Below, piece after piece: positions 34,851 through 44,651 of a stretch of 64,000 nt of DNA. The translations under genes were made by a program, and so were the position numbers. How positions within the stretch are numbered: the first letter of the stretch is position 1; each line of letters begins with the position of its first letter. The stretch is from Candidatus Omnitrophota bacterium (GTDB lineage Bacteria; Omnitrophota; Gorgyraeia; Gygaellales; Profunditerraquicolaceae), in the NCBI GenBank assembly GCA_028712255.1, contig JAQTQJ010000005.1, forward strand, positions 20,950 through 84,949. Reading direction: 5' to 3'. The notes below the pieces were generated by a model, which saw only the letters and a list, made by a program, of their open reading frames with translations, ran no database searches and was not told where the DNA came from.

Positions 34851-36416
34851 ATGACAGTTTTCTTAAAATACTTATTGACAATTTTTTTAAGTTTATTTTT
34901 ATGCCTGCCTTCACTTTACTCTGTTGAGCAGACAAGCTGTTCTTCTATTGAAGAATCCAAGATAAAATATTTGGCAGTCAATCAGTATAATGAATTTATT
35001 GACTTCCTCAGCAATTTTAAAGAGAAAGATTTAGTTAACCAGCTTTGTCTTAATTATTATAAAGCGCAAGCGCGTTACCTGCAACTTAAGTATTTAGAAG
35101 AAAAGCAATCCTGGGATGATTATTTTACTAATGGCAACAGCTATCGCCAGCAGTTAGAGCAGAGCGCCCAGAAAGTTATCAGCCAGGCTCAAACCGATAA
35201 TCCCTTAAGGCTAAAAGCCAGGCTTTTACTTTGGCAATACCATCACGGCCAGCAGGATGTTCTTGCTCAGGCTGCCTTAGATGACCTGCTTACAGACGTT
35301 GGCGCTTATGCTAAAGATGAAAGAAATCCGGGGTTAATTAAAAATATTGCCGATACTCTTTTGGCTGGCGAAGAAAAGTCAAAGGCCCGCCAAATCTATA
35401 AACTTTATGTCGACCAGCTTATCGCAGGCGAGATTACTGATGCGCAGCTCAAAAGCATAGCAGGCGCTTCCTATAAGGAAGGCAATGTAGAATTAGCCGA
35501 GGTTCTTTATAATATTTATATAAATATTTGTATAGAAAAGATTTCAAAAACTCTTGAACCGGAAAAATTTATCCAGGAGTTATTTGAAGTTGCCAGCCTT
35601 TTCGTCTATAAGCCGCAAGGTTTATATGATATGGCTTATGCTGAAGAAATCTATTCCAAGATAGAAGGGTTAGGCAAAGCAGATGTTTTTAACCAGACGA
35701 CAATCTACTTGCGCGCATTTAACTTAGAGAAACTAAGAGATTATAAGGGGGCAATAAAACTTTATCTGCAGTTGATCCAGCTTTATCCCGACAGTAAAAT
35801 TTTTGACGAGGCCAATTATAAAATTGCTATGATTAATGCGTATGTATTCTCTAATATAAAAGAAGCAAAAAAATACTTTAATATACTTGCGGCAAAACAA
35901 GAGTTTAGTCCCCATGTTATTTCCAGTTTATACCAGTTAGGGTTGTTGGCGCAATGGGAAGGGGATTTAGTCAAAGCCAAAGAGTATTATGAGCTATTGT
36001 TGAAGAATGCTGTAGATCAATACCCTTCAGTTGTTGACCGGGCTAAGGAAAGGCTCAAGGAAATCCAGGAAAATAAACAGCTCGACTACAATTTAAAAAC
36101 ATTTTTAGACCTTTGTTTTAAAAATGAAAATTCTCTCAGTGAAATGGGCAAAGCAGAATTGAAATCTTCAAGTTATGTATTAAAAAAAGGAGAGCCGGTT
36201 ACAGTTTTCTCTTCTGTTAATATGCCTCAGAGTGGCTGCAACCAGGTCCAATTGCAGTATCTCTGGAGCGGTGATATAGGTGATGTTATTTCCCCGGTAA
36301 ACAATGATAGTCTTCAATGTAACTATTCCGATCCCGGGACAAAAGCAATAAATATGGTTACGATTTCACCTTCAGGGACTATAGACCGTTCTTTTACCAT
36401 GGTGGATGTCTATTAA
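34851..36416 (+). CDS. Secreted alpha-helical (TPR-like) protein; hypothetical.
   Basis: Signal peptide and helical repeat composition. Followed by a strong terminator hairpin. Confidence 0.4.
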   Translation: MTVFLKYLLTIFLSLFLCLPSLYSVEQTSCSSIEESKIKYLAVNQYNEFIDFLSNFKEKDLVNQLCLNYYKAQARYLQLKYLEEKQSWDDYFTNGNSYRQQLEQSAQKVISQAQTDNPLRLKARLLLWQYHHGQQDVLAQAALDDLLTDVGAYAKDERNPGLIKNIADTLLAGEEKSKARQIYKLYVDQLIAGEITDAQLKSIAGASYKEGNVELAEVLYNIYINICIEKISKTLEPEKFIQELFEVASLFVYKPQGLYDMAYAEEIYSKIEGLGKADVFNQTTIYLRAFNLEKLRDYKGAIKLYLQLIQLYPDSKIFDEANYKIAMINAYVFSNIKEAKKYFNILAAKQEFSPHVISSLYQLGLLAQWEGDLVKAKEYYELLLKNAVDQYPSVVDRAKERLKEIQENKQLDYNLKTFLDLCFKNENSLSEMGKAELKSSSYVLKKGEPVTVFSSVNMPQSGCNQVQLQYLWSGDIGDVISPVNNDSLQCNYSDPGTKAINMVTISPSGTIDRSFTMVDVY

Positions 36417-36436
36417 CCTGGATTCCGCTGAAAACT

Positions 36437-36495
36437 AGGGACCGTTTCTATTTTTTTTAAAAAAAATAGAAACGGTCCCTTTCCTTTTTTTGTTT
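36437..36495 (+). terminator. Terminator / REP-like hairpin gggaccgtttcta...tagaaacggtccc + TTTCCTTTTTTT. An inverted half-site tagaaccgccccc lies at 36510-36523.
   Basis: 13-bp stem with an AT loop, followed by a T-tract. Confidence 0.65.
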
Positions 36496-36636
36496 TAAAA
36501 ACAAACAAAAAATAGAACCGCCCCCTTAGATTTAAACATTCACTTTTCTTGAAATCGCTTGACTTAAGAGTTTTTTAGTAGTACAGTAAAATTAATATTT
36601 TATTTAACTTTTTAGAAAGCTAAGTAATTTTATATT

Positions 36637-37869
36637 ATGCAATTATTAGATTTACAAAAAGAAGATTTTAGCGAAAAAGAAAAACGTAATATTGAAATGC
36701 TGGGCATACTTAGAAAGCACGGGCCCATAAGCCGTCCTGATATTTCGCAAGAAATGGGCATAAATATCGTAAGTATCTCTAATTACATCGATAATTTTAT
36801 CAAAGATAATCTTGTTTATGAAAAGGAGCTCGATGTATCTGAAGGCGGCAGGCGGCCGGTATTGTTAGATTTAAATCCCCGCGCAGGTTACGCAATAGGG
36901 GTGGGGTTAAATTTAATGAATATGGTCGGACTTCTTGTGGATTTAAAAGGCAACATTATTACTAAGACCCAAATTGCCCGTCCGCAACCTTCAGTCAGAG
37001 AAGTATCTGAGTGCCTTTTAGAAATTGTGCGTGAGATTTTAAGGCGCTCTAAAGGGTATGTTGAAAATATAAAAGGTATTGGCATCGGTGTGGCCGGATT
37101 AATCAATAAGAGAGATGGCTCTATCCACTGGCCTCAAAAAATGGATCATTATTATACCTATGCTTCAGTAGATCTTCCTTTGAAGGGATTAATTGAAAGA
37201 GAATTTAACCTACCAACCTTAATTGAAAATGACGCAACCAGCGCCTGTTTTGGCGAAAATTGGCTGAATCTCGGGAAAACTTACAAAAATATTATTTATA
37301 TGTTTTCTGGAGTTGGCTGCGGTATTATGATTAATGGAGAACTTTATCGCGGCGCCCAAGGATATGCTGGAGAGGTTTCTGTATATAATTATAAAGAACA
37401 GGATCTCTTTAGCTGTGTAAGTGGGGCTCCCTGTTTTGTTAAGCGTTGGGATATGGACTTAGGGATAGTTGATGAGGTGAAGGATATCTTACTGAAAGAT
37501 AAATCAAAAGCTTTAGAGTTTTCTAAAACTACATCAACCAATATAGAGAATCTGGATTTTAAAAGTATTTTTACCGCTAGTCGGCTAAAGAACCAGGTAG
37601 CATCGACGGCACTAGAAGGTGCAGCTAAAAGATTGGGAATTAAAATTGCTTATTTAGTAAATCTACTTAATCCTCAGGTAGTGATTATTGGCGGAGGTTT
37701 TGAGGAGGCAGGTGAAGAGTTTTTAAGCAAGGTAAGAAGTACGGTTATGGATTGGGCTTTTCGAGAAGTAGCAAATGATTTAAAAATAATTTACTCCAAA
37801 TTAAGAGAGAATGCCGTGGCAATGGGGGCGGCAAGTTTGGTTTTAGAAAGAGTATTCGCCCAATTATAA
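36637..37869 (+). CDS. ROK family transcriptional regulator (NagC/XylR-like).
   Basis: N-terminal wHTH plus ROK fold motifs GIGIGVAGLIN, LIENDATSACFGE, Cys-rich CVSGAPC. Confidence 0.75.
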   Translation: MQLLDLQKEDFSEKEKRNIEMLGILRKHGPISRPDISQEMGINIVSISNYIDNFIKDNLVYEKELDVSEGGRRPVLLDLNPRAGYAIGVGLNLMNMVGLLVDLKGNIITKTQIARPQPSVREVSECLLEIVREILRRSKGYVENIKGIGIGVAGLINKRDGSIHWPQKMDHYYTYASVDLPLKGLIEREFNLPTLIENDATSACFGENWLNLGKTYKNIIYMFSGVGCGIMINGELYRGAQGYAGEVSVYNYKEQDLFSCVSGAPCFVKRWDMDLGIVDEVKDILLKDKSKALEFSKTTSTNIENLDFKSIFTASRLKNQVASTALEGAAKRLGIKIAYLVNLLNPQVVIIGGGFEEAGEEFLSKVRSTVMDWAFREVANDLKIIYSKLRENAVAMGAASLVLERVFAQL

Positions 37870-37923
37870 GCCGCAAGGCGGATGGTTTGGCTTCTACTAG
37901 CCAAAGCTATAACAGGGGGGATT

Positions 37924-39078
37924 ATGGAACAAAAAACAAAATTTATCATTATCGGCCTGATAGGTTTTTCAGTAATATGCCTTTTTCTTTTTGTACAGGT
38001 AAATAGTAAGCAGCAGGTATTGGTCAGGGAAAATGCTGATTTAAAGACTGAAAACACTAGCATGCTTAGCAAAGTCAGCCAGCTTGAGAATGATTTAAGG
38101 GCTAACCAAGGTAAGATTGAGTCTCTTAAGGCTGAAAGAGATAAAGGTGTTGATGCGCTTAGCGACCTACAAAAAAAGTATGATACGGCCACTAAGGACA
38201 GAGATGAATTGATTGAGAAACTAAAAAGACAAAGCCAACGTCAGCAAGAAATGGTTGTTACTCAAGCGCCAGCGGTTTCAGCTCCGGAAAATAATGATGC
38301 ATATTGGGGCCAGATACTTAAAGCAAAAACAGATTTGGAGATGCAGCTAGCTAGTATAAGAGTGGATTTAAGGAATCTGCAGATTAGTAACGAGGCGTTG
38401 CAGAGGCAAAAGGCCGTTTTAGAGATGGATGTCAATAGCCTGCATAATGAAAAGAAGGATCTTTTAAGGCAGCTTGATTATAATCAGAAGCTCCTTGATA
38501 GTATATCTCAAGAGGTAGTACGGGAAAAGAATGATAAGACAGGAATCCAGGATACCCTTAAAATACTTAGGGCCGAAAATGAGGCTTTTAGCCGGCAGTT
38601 AAAGAGTTTAACCAGCCGTAAAATAGCTTTGGATCAGAAGGTTCAGGGCCTTCAGGATAGTAAAGCTACGGTGGAGAAACGTTTGAGTGAAATGGATACA
38701 ATGCTTACCGATAAGATATCTCAGATTGATTCTCTTAAAAGTGAATTGGACGCGGTAAAAAGCGGCAAGCCTGCGGTTTTAGAGAGAGAAAAGGAATCCG
38801 TTGAATTGCCGGCAATAGTGGTAAAGTCTTCATCTTCTCCCGGAAAGGCACAAGCTCCGGCATCCAGCGGTAAAATCCTGGCAATAAATGCGGATAATAA
38901 TTTTGTGGTTGTAGATTTGGGTTCTTCAAGCGGGGTTAAGGTTGGAGATATGTTTAATGTTTACCGCGCAGGTAAACAAATAGGAGCGCTTGTAGTGATT
39001 CAGACAAGGGATAGTATTTCTGCTTGTGATATAAAAAGGATTAATGTACCTTTAAGAATTGGTGATAATATTAAATAG
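37924..39078 (+). CDS. Membrane-anchored coiled-coil protein; hypothetical.
   Basis: ATG 37924 after gggggg. One TM (FIIIGLIGFSVICLFLFV), then a long heptad-rich region. Confidence 0.4.
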   Translation: MEQKTKFIIIGLIGFSVICLFLFVQVNSKQQVLVRENADLKTENTSMLSKVSQLENDLRANQGKIESLKAERDKGVDALSDLQKKYDTATKDRDELIEKLKRQSQRQQEMVVTQAPAVSAPENNDAYWGQILKAKTDLEMQLASIRVDLRNLQISNEALQRQKAVLEMDVNSLHNEKKDLLRQLDYNQKLLDSISQEVVREKNDKTGIQDTLKILRAENEAFSRQLKSLTSRKIALDQKVQGLQDSKATVEKRLSEMDTMLTDKISQIDSLKSELDAVKSGKPAVLEREKESVELPAIVVKSSSSPGKAQAPASSGKILAINADNNFVVVDLGSSSGVKVGDMFNVYRAGKQIGALVVIQTRDSISACDIKRINVPLRIGDNIK

Positions 39079-39093
39079 TTTGTCTTTATACAA

Positions 39094-40119
39094 ATGACTC
39101 GTACCAAAAAAGTTCCTTCCAAAAATGTTTCTATCGTAGATGTTGCTCGTTCCAGCGGAGTATCCATAACTACCGTTTCCCGGGTTATCAATAAAATCGG
39201 AACCGTTAAAGAAGCTAATCGCATAAAAGTGATGAATGCGGTCCGTGAATTAAAATTCCAGCCGTCTATTTTCGCGCAACGCCTGGCAACTGGCAGGAGC
39301 AATGTTGTGGCCTTGGTTATTCCCCGTTATGAAGGAGTATTCTATTCTTTTTATGCCTTGGAGCTTATCCGTGGGGTAGGCACAATGTGTGAAGCTTTAA
39401 AATTAGATTTACTTTTACATTTAACTGATTCACGCACTCCGCTAGCTTTACGCGGGGTAGGCGGAATAATTTTTTCTGATATTATCGGTAATCGCGCTCA
39501 GTTAGAAGAGGCTCTAGCCAAGGGTATTCCTAGCGTTGTGATTAATTATTATGTGGATGATCTGAATGTTTCTTGTATTGCCATTGATAATGCTGGAGGG
39601 GCAGAGAGCGCGGTTAATTATTTGATTGAACTGGGACATAAAAAGATAGCGCATATTACCGGAGATATAATGACTCAGGCAGCGGCAAAACGCTTGGAGG
39701 GTTATAAGCGTGCGCTAGAAAAAAATAATATTAAGGTGCGGGAAGATTATATATTTCAAACTGATTATTCCCGCGGAGCAGCAAGAGGCGCGGCTGAGAA
39801 GTTGATTAAAGCGGCCGACCCGGCAACTGCTGTATTTGTCGCCTCTGATGCTATGGCGCTGGAGGTAATGGCAGTAGCTCGCGAATTAGGAAAAAAGATT
39901 CCGGATGATTTATCGATTGTCGGTTTTGATGATAATCCTTCCGGGCTCTATGGCCCGGTTGGGCTTACTACTGTTCGCCAGCCCTTAATCCGCATGGCTG
40001 AAGAAAGCGTTAAAGAATTAAACCGTCTGATTGCTGTAAATAAAAATTCTCCAAAAAAAATTCTGCTTCCTGCAGAATTAGTTATTCGAGAGTCCTGCAA
40101 ATCTCTTGTCGGCAGATAA
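39094..40119 (+). CDS. LacI family transcriptional regulator.
   Basis: HTH VSIVDVARSSGVSITTVSRVIN plus a periplasmic-binding-like core. Confidence 0.8.
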   Translation: MTRTKKVPSKNVSIVDVARSSGVSITTVSRVINKIGTVKEANRIKVMNAVRELKFQPSIFAQRLATGRSNVVALVIPRYEGVFYSFYALELIRGVGTMCEALKLDLLLHLTDSRTPLALRGVGGIIFSDIIGNRAQLEEALAKGIPSVVINYYVDDLNVSCIAIDNAGGAESAVNYLIELGHKKIAHITGDIMTQAAAKRLEGYKRALEKNNIKVREDYIFQTDYSRGAARGAAEKLIKAADPATAVFVASDAMALEVMAVARELGKKIPDDLSIVGFDDNPSGLYGPVGLTTVRQPLIRMAEESVKELNRLIAVNKNSPKKILLPAELVIRESCKSLVGR

Positions 40120-40183
40120 ACTTTTTCTACAATCAGTAGTATATTATGATAAATGGTTATACCATATATTGTAAAATTTTTTG

Positions 40184-40212
40184 TTGACAATAGATATCAC
40201 TTTTGTTATATT
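40184..40212 (+). promoter_or_regulatory. Sigma70-like promoter for nrdJ: TTGACA-17 nt-TATATT.
   Basis: TTGACA at 40184-40189, TATATT at 40207-40212, 47 nt before the ATG. Confidence 0.5.
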
Positions 40213-40258
40213 GCTTAAGTAATTTATCACTAATCTTCCTAATTATTCGAGGTGAAAA

Positions 40259-42583
40259 ATGGATTTAAAATTATCCCCCAATGCCGTCAAGGTTCTTGAG
40301 CGCAGGTATTTACGCAAGGACCAGGGGGGCTCGCTCATCGAGACCCCGGAGCAGTTGTTCGTTCGTGTAGCAGGCGCTATTGCTATTGCGGACAAACTTT
40401 ACGGGGCAGGAGAGCAGGAGCTAAAGCTTCTTACGGATTCATTTTTTAAGATGATGGTTAATTTAGAATTTTTGCCGAATTCTCCCTGTTTAATGAACGC
40501 GGGAAAAGAATTAGGGCAACTCTCAGCTTGTTTTACCCTTCCCATTGAAGATTCAATGGAGTCGATTTTTGAGACCTTGAAGGTCACTAGCCTTATTCAT
40601 AAATCCGGCGGCGGCACAGGTTTTAATTTTTCTCGCCTGCGCCCTAAAAATGCCGTAGTTAAAACTACAGGTGGCGTAGCAAGCGGGCCGATTTCATTTA
40701 TGCGTGTATATGATGCGGCAACTGAGGCGGTCAAACAAGGGGGAACCCGACGCGGGGCAAATATGGGGATCTTGCGCGTCGACCATCCGGATATTATGGA
40801 GTTTATTACTTGCAAGGAGAATAATAATCATATTACTAACTTTAATATTTCCGTTGCCATTACTGATGAGTTTATGCGTAGGCTTGCTCGCGGCGAAGAT
40901 TATGATTTGATTGATCCGCACACGCATAAGCCGGTGCAGAAAATCAATAGTAAGGATGTATTTAATCTAATCGTAAAACAGGCGCACAAAAATGGCGAGC
41001 CCGGAATTATTTTCATTGACCGTATTAATCAATATAATCCTACTCCAAAATTAGGGGAAATTGAAAGTACTAATCCTTGTGGCGAACAACCGCTTTTGCC
41101 TTATGAAAGTTGCGATTTGGGTTCGATAAATTTAGACCAGATGTTTAAGAAGGTTGGTACGCGTTGTGAAATTAATTGGGACAGGTTAAAAGAGGTTACA
41201 TCTTTAGCCGTACATTTTCTGGATAATTTAATTGATGTAAATAAATTTCCTCTTCCGGAAATTGAGCAGGCTACCAAGGCTACCCGTAAAATCGGCTTAG
41301 GGGTTATGGGTTGGGCGAGTTTATTGATTCGCCTGAATATTCCTTATAATAGCGAAGAGGCTGTGAATTTGGCTGAAAAAGTAATGTCATTTATTTTAGA
41401 TGAAGCAAATAAAAAATCCTTGGAGTTAGGGAAAAAGAAGGGTGTATTTCCTGCTTTTAAAGAAAGTATTTATGATAGAAAAGACGGTTCGACCAGAATG
41501 CGCAATGCTACGCTGACTACCATTGCTCCTACCGGAACCATTAGTATCATTGGCGGGCCATGTTCATCGGGAATCGAGCCTTTGTTTGCGTTATCATATT
41601 ATCGCAAAGTTATGGATAATGATAAATTAGTGGAAGTAGAGCCACTATTTGAACAGGTTGCCCATCAGAGGGGATTCTATAGTTTGAAGCTTATGGAGAA
41701 GGTTGCTGAGAGCGCGTCCATAAAAGATATTAAAGAGATTCCTGAAGATGTGCGCAGAGTTTTTGTAACTAGCCATGATATTGCTCCGGAGTGGCATGTG
41801 CGTATGCAGGCAGCTTTTCAGAAATATGTGCATAATGCCACAAGCAAAACAATTAATTTTCCGCATGAAGCAACTATTGAGGAAGTACGAAAATCTTATA
41901 TTATGGCATTTGATTTAGGCTGTAAAGGCATAACTATTTATCGTGACAGGAGCCGTGAAGAGCAGGTATTAAATGTTGGTAAGCCTAAAGAGAAGCAAGA
42001 AGAACAGGCAAAACACCTTGGCCTATCGGAAGGCCAAGTGTTCGCTCGTGCGAAAGAGATTGCCCCCCGTCCGCGTCCGGAAGTAATTATCGGTACGACT
42101 ACTAAGGTTTCGACCGGTTGTGGCAATCTTTACGTAACTATAAATATCGATGAAGACGGTAAACCGTTTGAGTTATTTACCCAGATGGGTAAAGCCGGAG
42201 GCTGCGCAGCCAGCCAGCTGGAAGCAACCGGACGCCTAGTTTCTTTGGCATTTCGCGCCAACATTGAAGTAAAATCTATTATTGAGCAATTGCGTAATAT
42301 TCGCTGTCCATCTCCTTCCTGGGAAAAAGGGCAGAGAATATTTTCTTGCGCTGATGCTATTGCCCGGGTTATCGAGCGGCGCCTTATAAATACGCAGCCA
42401 GCTGTTATTGTATCATCAGAATCGGTGACTATTCCTATGAAGCATTCACATGATGACCAGCTACAGTCATCGGATTTAGATGAGCAGGTAAATATCGTCG
42501 GCATGTGTCCTGATTGTGGAGGTGCTTTGCGTCACGAGGAAGGCTGTGTTAAGTGCCACGGCTGCGGTTATTCTAAGTGCTAA
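40259..42583 (+). CDS. nrdJ: Class II adenosylcobalamin-dependent ribonucleotide reductase.
   Basis: NPCGEQPL active-site region. C-terminal Cys cluster CPDCGG...CVKCHGCGYSKC. Overall RNR class II architecture. Confidence 0.9.
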   Translation: MDLKLSPNAVKVLERRYLRKDQGGSLIETPEQLFVRVAGAIAIADKLYGAGEQELKLLTDSFFKMMVNLEFLPNSPCLMNAGKELGQLSACFTLPIEDSMESIFETLKVTSLIHKSGGGTGFNFSRLRPKNAVVKTTGGVASGPISFMRVYDAATEAVKQGGTRRGANMGILRVDHPDIMEFITCKENNNHITNFNISVAITDEFMRRLARGEDYDLIDPHTHKPVQKINSKDVFNLIVKQAHKNGEPGIIFIDRINQYNPTPKLGEIESTNPCGEQPLLPYESCDLGSINLDQMFKKVGTRCEINWDRLKEVTSLAVHFLDNLIDVNKFPLPEIEQATKATRKIGLGVMGWASLLIRLNIPYNSEEAVNLAEKVMSFILDEANKKSLELGKKKGVFPAFKESIYDRKDGSTRMRNATLTTIAPTGTISIIGGPCSSGIEPLFALSYYRKVMDNDKLVEVEPLFEQVAHQRGFYSLKLMEKVAESASIKDIKEIPEDVRRVFVTSHDIAPEWHVRMQAAFQKYVHNATSKTINFPHEATIEEVRKSYIMAFDLGCKGITIYRDRSREEQVLNVGKPKEKQEEQAKHLGLSEGQVFARAKEIAPRPRPEVIIGTTTKVSTGCGNLYVTINIDEDGKPFELFTQMGKAGGCAASQLEATGRLVSLAFRANIEVKSIIEQLRNIRCPSPSWEKGQRIFSCADAIARVIERRLINTQPAVIVSSESVTIPMKHSHDDQLQSSDLDEQVNIVGMCPDCGGALRHEEGCVKCHGCGYSKC

Positions 42584-42663
42584 AATCTAGGGGACGGTTC
42601 TATTTTTCTGCCGTCTAGTTGAGTAGGAAAATAGAATTGCCCCCCTTGTTTTTCAATATCCCC

Positions 42664-44577
42664 ATGAAAAATTTTGATGTAATCGTTATCGGTGCCGGCC
42701 ATGCCGGTATTGAAGCAAGCCTGGCGTGCGCCCGTATGGGCGCTAGAACCCTTATGCTTACTCTGGATATTAATTCTATCGGAAGGATGAGTTGCAATCC
42801 GGCTATCGGTGGAGTAGGTAAGGGCCAGTTGGTAAAAGAGATTGATGCTTTAGGCGGACAAATAGGTATTGCTACCGATGCCTGCGCAATTCAATTTCGT
42901 ATTCTTAATTCTTCCAAAGGCCAAGCTGTTCAGTCATCGCGGGCCCAGATTGATATGCACAGATATAGCCGTTATATGCGTGGAATAGTTTTACATCAGA
43001 AGAATTTAACGGTAAAAGAAGCGCAGGTAAGAAAATTAATTGTAGAAGATGGCAGAGTTTTGGGGGTAATTACGGATAATGAAAAGATTCGTTCTAAAAG
43101 TGTAGTTATATGCCCGGGAACATTCCTAGATGGTGTAATTCATATAGGATTAAAACATTTTAGTGCCGGGCGTATCAATGAGCGTGCTTCTATAGGCCTG
43201 GCGGATAATTTAAAAAGCCTAGGTTTTAACCTATTACGTTTTAAAACCGGAACCTGCCCGCGCCTGGATAAGCGTACAATTGAATTCTCTAATCTGATAA
43301 TCCAAGAAGGTGATTTAATCCCTAAGCCTTTTTCATTCTCAACCAAACAAATAAAACAAAAACAAGTTCCTTGCCACATCACTTATACCAATAAGAGTAC
43401 TCATGAGATAATTCGCGCTAACCTTGATCGCTCGCCGCTTTATGCAGGGATAATTAAAGCTACAGGCGTTAGGTATTGCCCTTCAATTGAAGACAAGATT
43501 GTTAAATTTGCAGGCAAAGAACGCCACCAGGTATTTCTGGAACCTGAAGGTTTAGGGGTTAATGAAATTTATCCTAATGGCATATCTACCAGTTTGCCTG
43601 AAGATGCGCAGCTTAAACTTTTGCATTCTATTTCGGGCTTAGAGAAAACAAAGGTTATCCGTTTTGGTTATGGTATTGAACATACCGTAGTTGACCCCAC
43701 GCAGCTTTTCCCAACTCTGGAGACAAAGCTAATTAAAAATCTTTATTTGGCTGGCCAAATTAACGGCACAACCGGTTATGAAGAAGCAGCCGCGCAGGGA
43801 TTGGTTGCCGGAATTAATGCGGCTTTACGTTTAAAAAATAAGGAACCTCTAATTTTGGACCGCGCAAGCAGTTATATCGGCGTATTAATTGATGATTTAA
43901 CTACTAGGGGGACTCTTGAGCCATACCGGATGTTTACCTCAAGAGTAGAATATCGTCTGGTTATCCGTGAAGATAATGCGGATTTGCGCCTGGGAAAAGT
44001 AGGTTTTGAGTTGGGGTTGGTGAAAAAAAATGTTTATCGTAAAATAAAAAAGAAAGCGGATGGCATTAAAGAAGGGATGGAATTTTTAAGAAAAACGCGG
44101 ATTAATTGTCCTGTTGGCCATTCTGAGCCCGCCGCTTTAGGCGGCGAGGCGAAGAATCTAAGATTGGTAACCCTAGAAAAATTATTGAAGCGGCCGCAAA
44201 TAACGATCAAAGATTTAAAGAAGATGCATAAATTAAAAACAGGTATACCCGAATCTGCTTGGCAACAGATTCAAATCGAGGTAAAATATGCTGGATTTAT
44301 CCAGAGGCAACTTAAAGATGTAGAACGGTTTGAGCATCTAGAAAAAATTAAATTGCCGCAAGATTTTGATTATAGCAGTTTGTCTGGAATATCCCTGGAG
44401 ATAAGAGAAAAACTGGCTAAATTTAAACCGCTTAACTTGGGGCAGGCGTCGCGTATTTCAGGAGTAACCCCGGCAGCCGTATCTCTTTTGATGGTTTATT
44501 TGCGAAAATGTAACAGCTTTCGGAATTCAGCGACGAGTGTCATTGCGAGCGACCGAAGGGAGCGAAGCAATCTTTAA
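42664..44577 (+). CDS. mnmG: tRNA uridine 5-carboxymethylaminomethyl modification enzyme MnmG (GidA). The last roughly 20 codons read into a repeat element.
   Basis: MKNFDVIVIGAGHAGIEA FAD motif. GidA-family sequence throughout. Confidence 0.9.
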   Translation: MKNFDVIVIGAGHAGIEASLACARMGARTLMLTLDINSIGRMSCNPAIGGVGKGQLVKEIDALGGQIGIATDACAIQFRILNSSKGQAVQSSRAQIDMHRYSRYMRGIVLHQKNLTVKEAQVRKLIVEDGRVLGVITDNEKIRSKSVVICPGTFLDGVIHIGLKHFSAGRINERASIGLADNLKSLGFNLLRFKTGTCPRLDKRTIEFSNLIIQEGDLIPKPFSFSTKQIKQKQVPCHITYTNKSTHEIIRANLDRSPLYAGIIKATGVRYCPSIEDKIVKFAGKERHQVFLEPEGLGVNEIYPNGISTSLPEDAQLKLLHSISGLEKTKVIRFGYGIEHTVVDPTQLFPTLETKLIKNLYLAGQINGTTGYEEAAAQGLVAGINAALRLKNKEPLILDRASSYIGVLIDDLTTRGTLEPYRMFTSRVEYRLVIREDNADLRLGKVGFELGLVKKNVYRKIKKKADGIKEGMEFLRKTRINCPVGHSEPAALGGEAKNLRLVTLEKLLKRPQITIKDLKKMHKLKTGIPESAWQQIQIEVKYAGFIQRQLKDVERFEHLEKIKLPQDFDYSSLSGISLEIREKLAKFKPLNLGQASRISGVTPAAVSLLMVYLRKCNSFRNSATSVIASDRRERSNL

Positions 44578-44613
44578 AGATTGCTTCGTCGCTGTCGCTC
44601 CTCGCAATGACAC
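44537..44613 (+). repeat. Family II palindromic element, copy 5, at the mnmG 3' end.
   Basis: gtgtcattgcgagcgaccgaagggagcgaagcaatc...gattgcttcgtcgctgtcgctcctcgcaatgacac. Confidence 0.8.
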
Positions 44614-44651
44614 GATTAATTTCGAAATTTTGATTGTTATAAGAAAAGGCA

